DNA of 63,567 bases, the filler included, from Chloroflexota bacterium (lineage in GTDB: Bacteria > Chloroflexota > Chloroflexia > QHBQ01), in assembly GCA_043754535.1 (NCBI GenBank). It is 6 parts of 6 records of this genome, joined end to end, with 100 filler letters (N's around TTAATTAATTAA, not from the genome) between each part and the next. Parts side by side here need not be neighbours in the genome. Positions count along the whole stretch, not along the records: positions 60,725 to 63,567 come from JAYUUN010000116.1; 5 more parts are not named here. One strand, written 5' to 3'. The first letter of the stretch is position 1. Each line of letters begins with the position of its first letter. Shown here piece after piece: positions 62,493 to 63,567 of the stretch. Made by a program: the position numbers and the translations under genes. The notes beneath the pieces are model-generated. The model was given only the letters and a program-made list of their open reading frames with translations, was not told the DNA's origin and ran no database searches.

Positions 62493-62834
62493 CTAACAAA
62501 ATCGTGGCGCATCGGCAGCCTCGGCCTGTTCAACGGCGTGACGACGGTCGTCACGAGCTTGCAGAATGTCAGCCTTCGCCTCCTCAAAGGTCAGCTTCTC
62601 CTCATACTTTGCTTCTTCAGCAATTTGTAGCAGCCGGTAAGCAAACGCTTCCTCTCTCATCTCCCGGTAGGCAGCCAAGGCGAGCAGCACCGCCGTCGGC
62701 TTGTTGCGGACGTTCACAACTACTGGCCTATCGCCTTCCAGCCCATCAAGCAGCGCGGACAGATTAGCACGGAACTCAACCACGCCCAATCCAGCAGCGG
62801 CAAGGTCTGCCCGCTCCATTACTTCGTCTATCAT
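62493..62834 (-). CDS. Phd/YefM-family antitoxin-like protein
   Basis: GVVEFRANLSALLD...PVVVNVRNKPTAVLL; RBS AGGAGG; upstream TTGACA-N17-TATGGT. Confidence 0.75.
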   Translation of the reverse strand: MIDEVMERADLAAAGLGVVEFRANLSALLDGLEGDRPVVVNVRNKPTAVLLALAAYREMREEAFAYRLLQIAEEAKYEEKLTFEEAKADILQARDDRRHAVEQAEAADAPRFC

Positions 62835-63215
62835 GGTTTTGCCTCCTGTTCTGCACAGATAACTTTACATTCGCTGTTACACCATACAGCGGCCAGCGGC
62901 CATTGTCAAGAGGCGGTGATTAGTCAACCGTCAGGCCACAGCGTGCGAGGAAGTCGCGGCCCGCTTCTTCCCACAAATCCTGTTGGCTGCGCTGATCGTG
63001 GGCGACTACCTGCTGCGGGCTGACCCTGACAGCAGGCAGGGCCGCTATGCACCGCTGGCCGACCTGTTCACCGCCGCGCAGTTAGGTGGAGTGAGGTAGG
63101 TAGTCCGGCGGCAAGGCAGAACTGCCGCCTTGCCCAGCCGGGCCGGTCGGGAGGGTAGAGGGGCGCGCCACAGGTTGGTGCGCCCTTCCTCATTCCACCT
63201 ACCGGAGGTACACGT

Positions 63216-63567
63216 ATGCTCACCCTCACGATCCGACCCAAGCAACCCACCTACCCGAATGGCAAGCCGCGCAAGAGCCGCAGCTTCGCCGCCACCCTGC
63301 TCGGCTACGTCGTCGCGTCCGACCTCTATGACGACCGCGAGAGCAAGTCCACCGAACGTCCGCTGCGGCTAAGTGTTGCTGGTAGCTGAGGATGTCAGCG
63401 CGAAGCTGGCAGTGCAACTGGCCGAGCTACTAACCGTAGTCTACCCCTACGACCAGCAGGTGCGCGGCCTGTGCCGGTCGCGCTACCTACTCGGGGCCGG
63501 GGAGAAGCAGGCTACCTTGCGCCTCAACGCCGTGCAAGCGGCGAAGCTGCCCGACAGTGAAGCTGAC
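63216..63567 (+). pseudogene. Hypothetical gene with apparent frameshift near 63371 (3' partial)
   Basis: RBS GGAGGT + ATG; MLTLTIRPKQ...RPLRL continues as VLLVAEDVSAKL... in a shifted frame. Confidence 0.4.

Overview
This window looks like a GC-rich Chloroflexota genome or MAG, judging by PT-rich linkers, FPETG-type surface repeats and a non-DAP-type MurE motif. It consists of six contigs joined by artificial N-TTAATTAATTAA-N linkers, so adjacency across linkers is not biological. Contig 1 (1-17284) carries housekeeping and envelope genes: ECF sigma/anti-sigma, P450, TolB-like protein, murE, serA-like, Usp/TrkA and an XPB-N-terminal-domain protein. Contig 2 (17385-34223) is a type III-B CRISPR locus. 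It has a 25-spacer array with a consensus leader promoter and a complete cmr1-2-3-4-5-6 operon on the minus strand, with an HD-less, GGDD-intact Cas10. It also has a divergent cOA effector operon (Can2/Card1-like CARF nuclease, Csx15, TM-CARF Cam1-like) and a second, convergent cmr1 + GGDD-less cas10 copy that runs into a 2-repeat mini-array and terminator. No cas1, cas2 or cas6 is present. Contig 3 (34324-39668) holds type I RM hsdS'/hsdR, an N-truncated McrB fused to the trailer of a second CRISPR array, and an ISDra2-like IS200/IS605 element inserted at the leader side whose end hairpin closely resembles the CRISPR repeat. Contig 4 has nfi, a pepQ-like peptidase, an SLH protein, a B12 acyl-CoA mutase cluster with the isobutyryl-CoA mutase signature, and acyl-CoA dehydrogenases. 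Contig 5 has an ECF/anti-sigma pair and cyanophycin synthetase. Contig 6 has small membrane proteins, a CPBP protease and an orphan Phd antitoxin.
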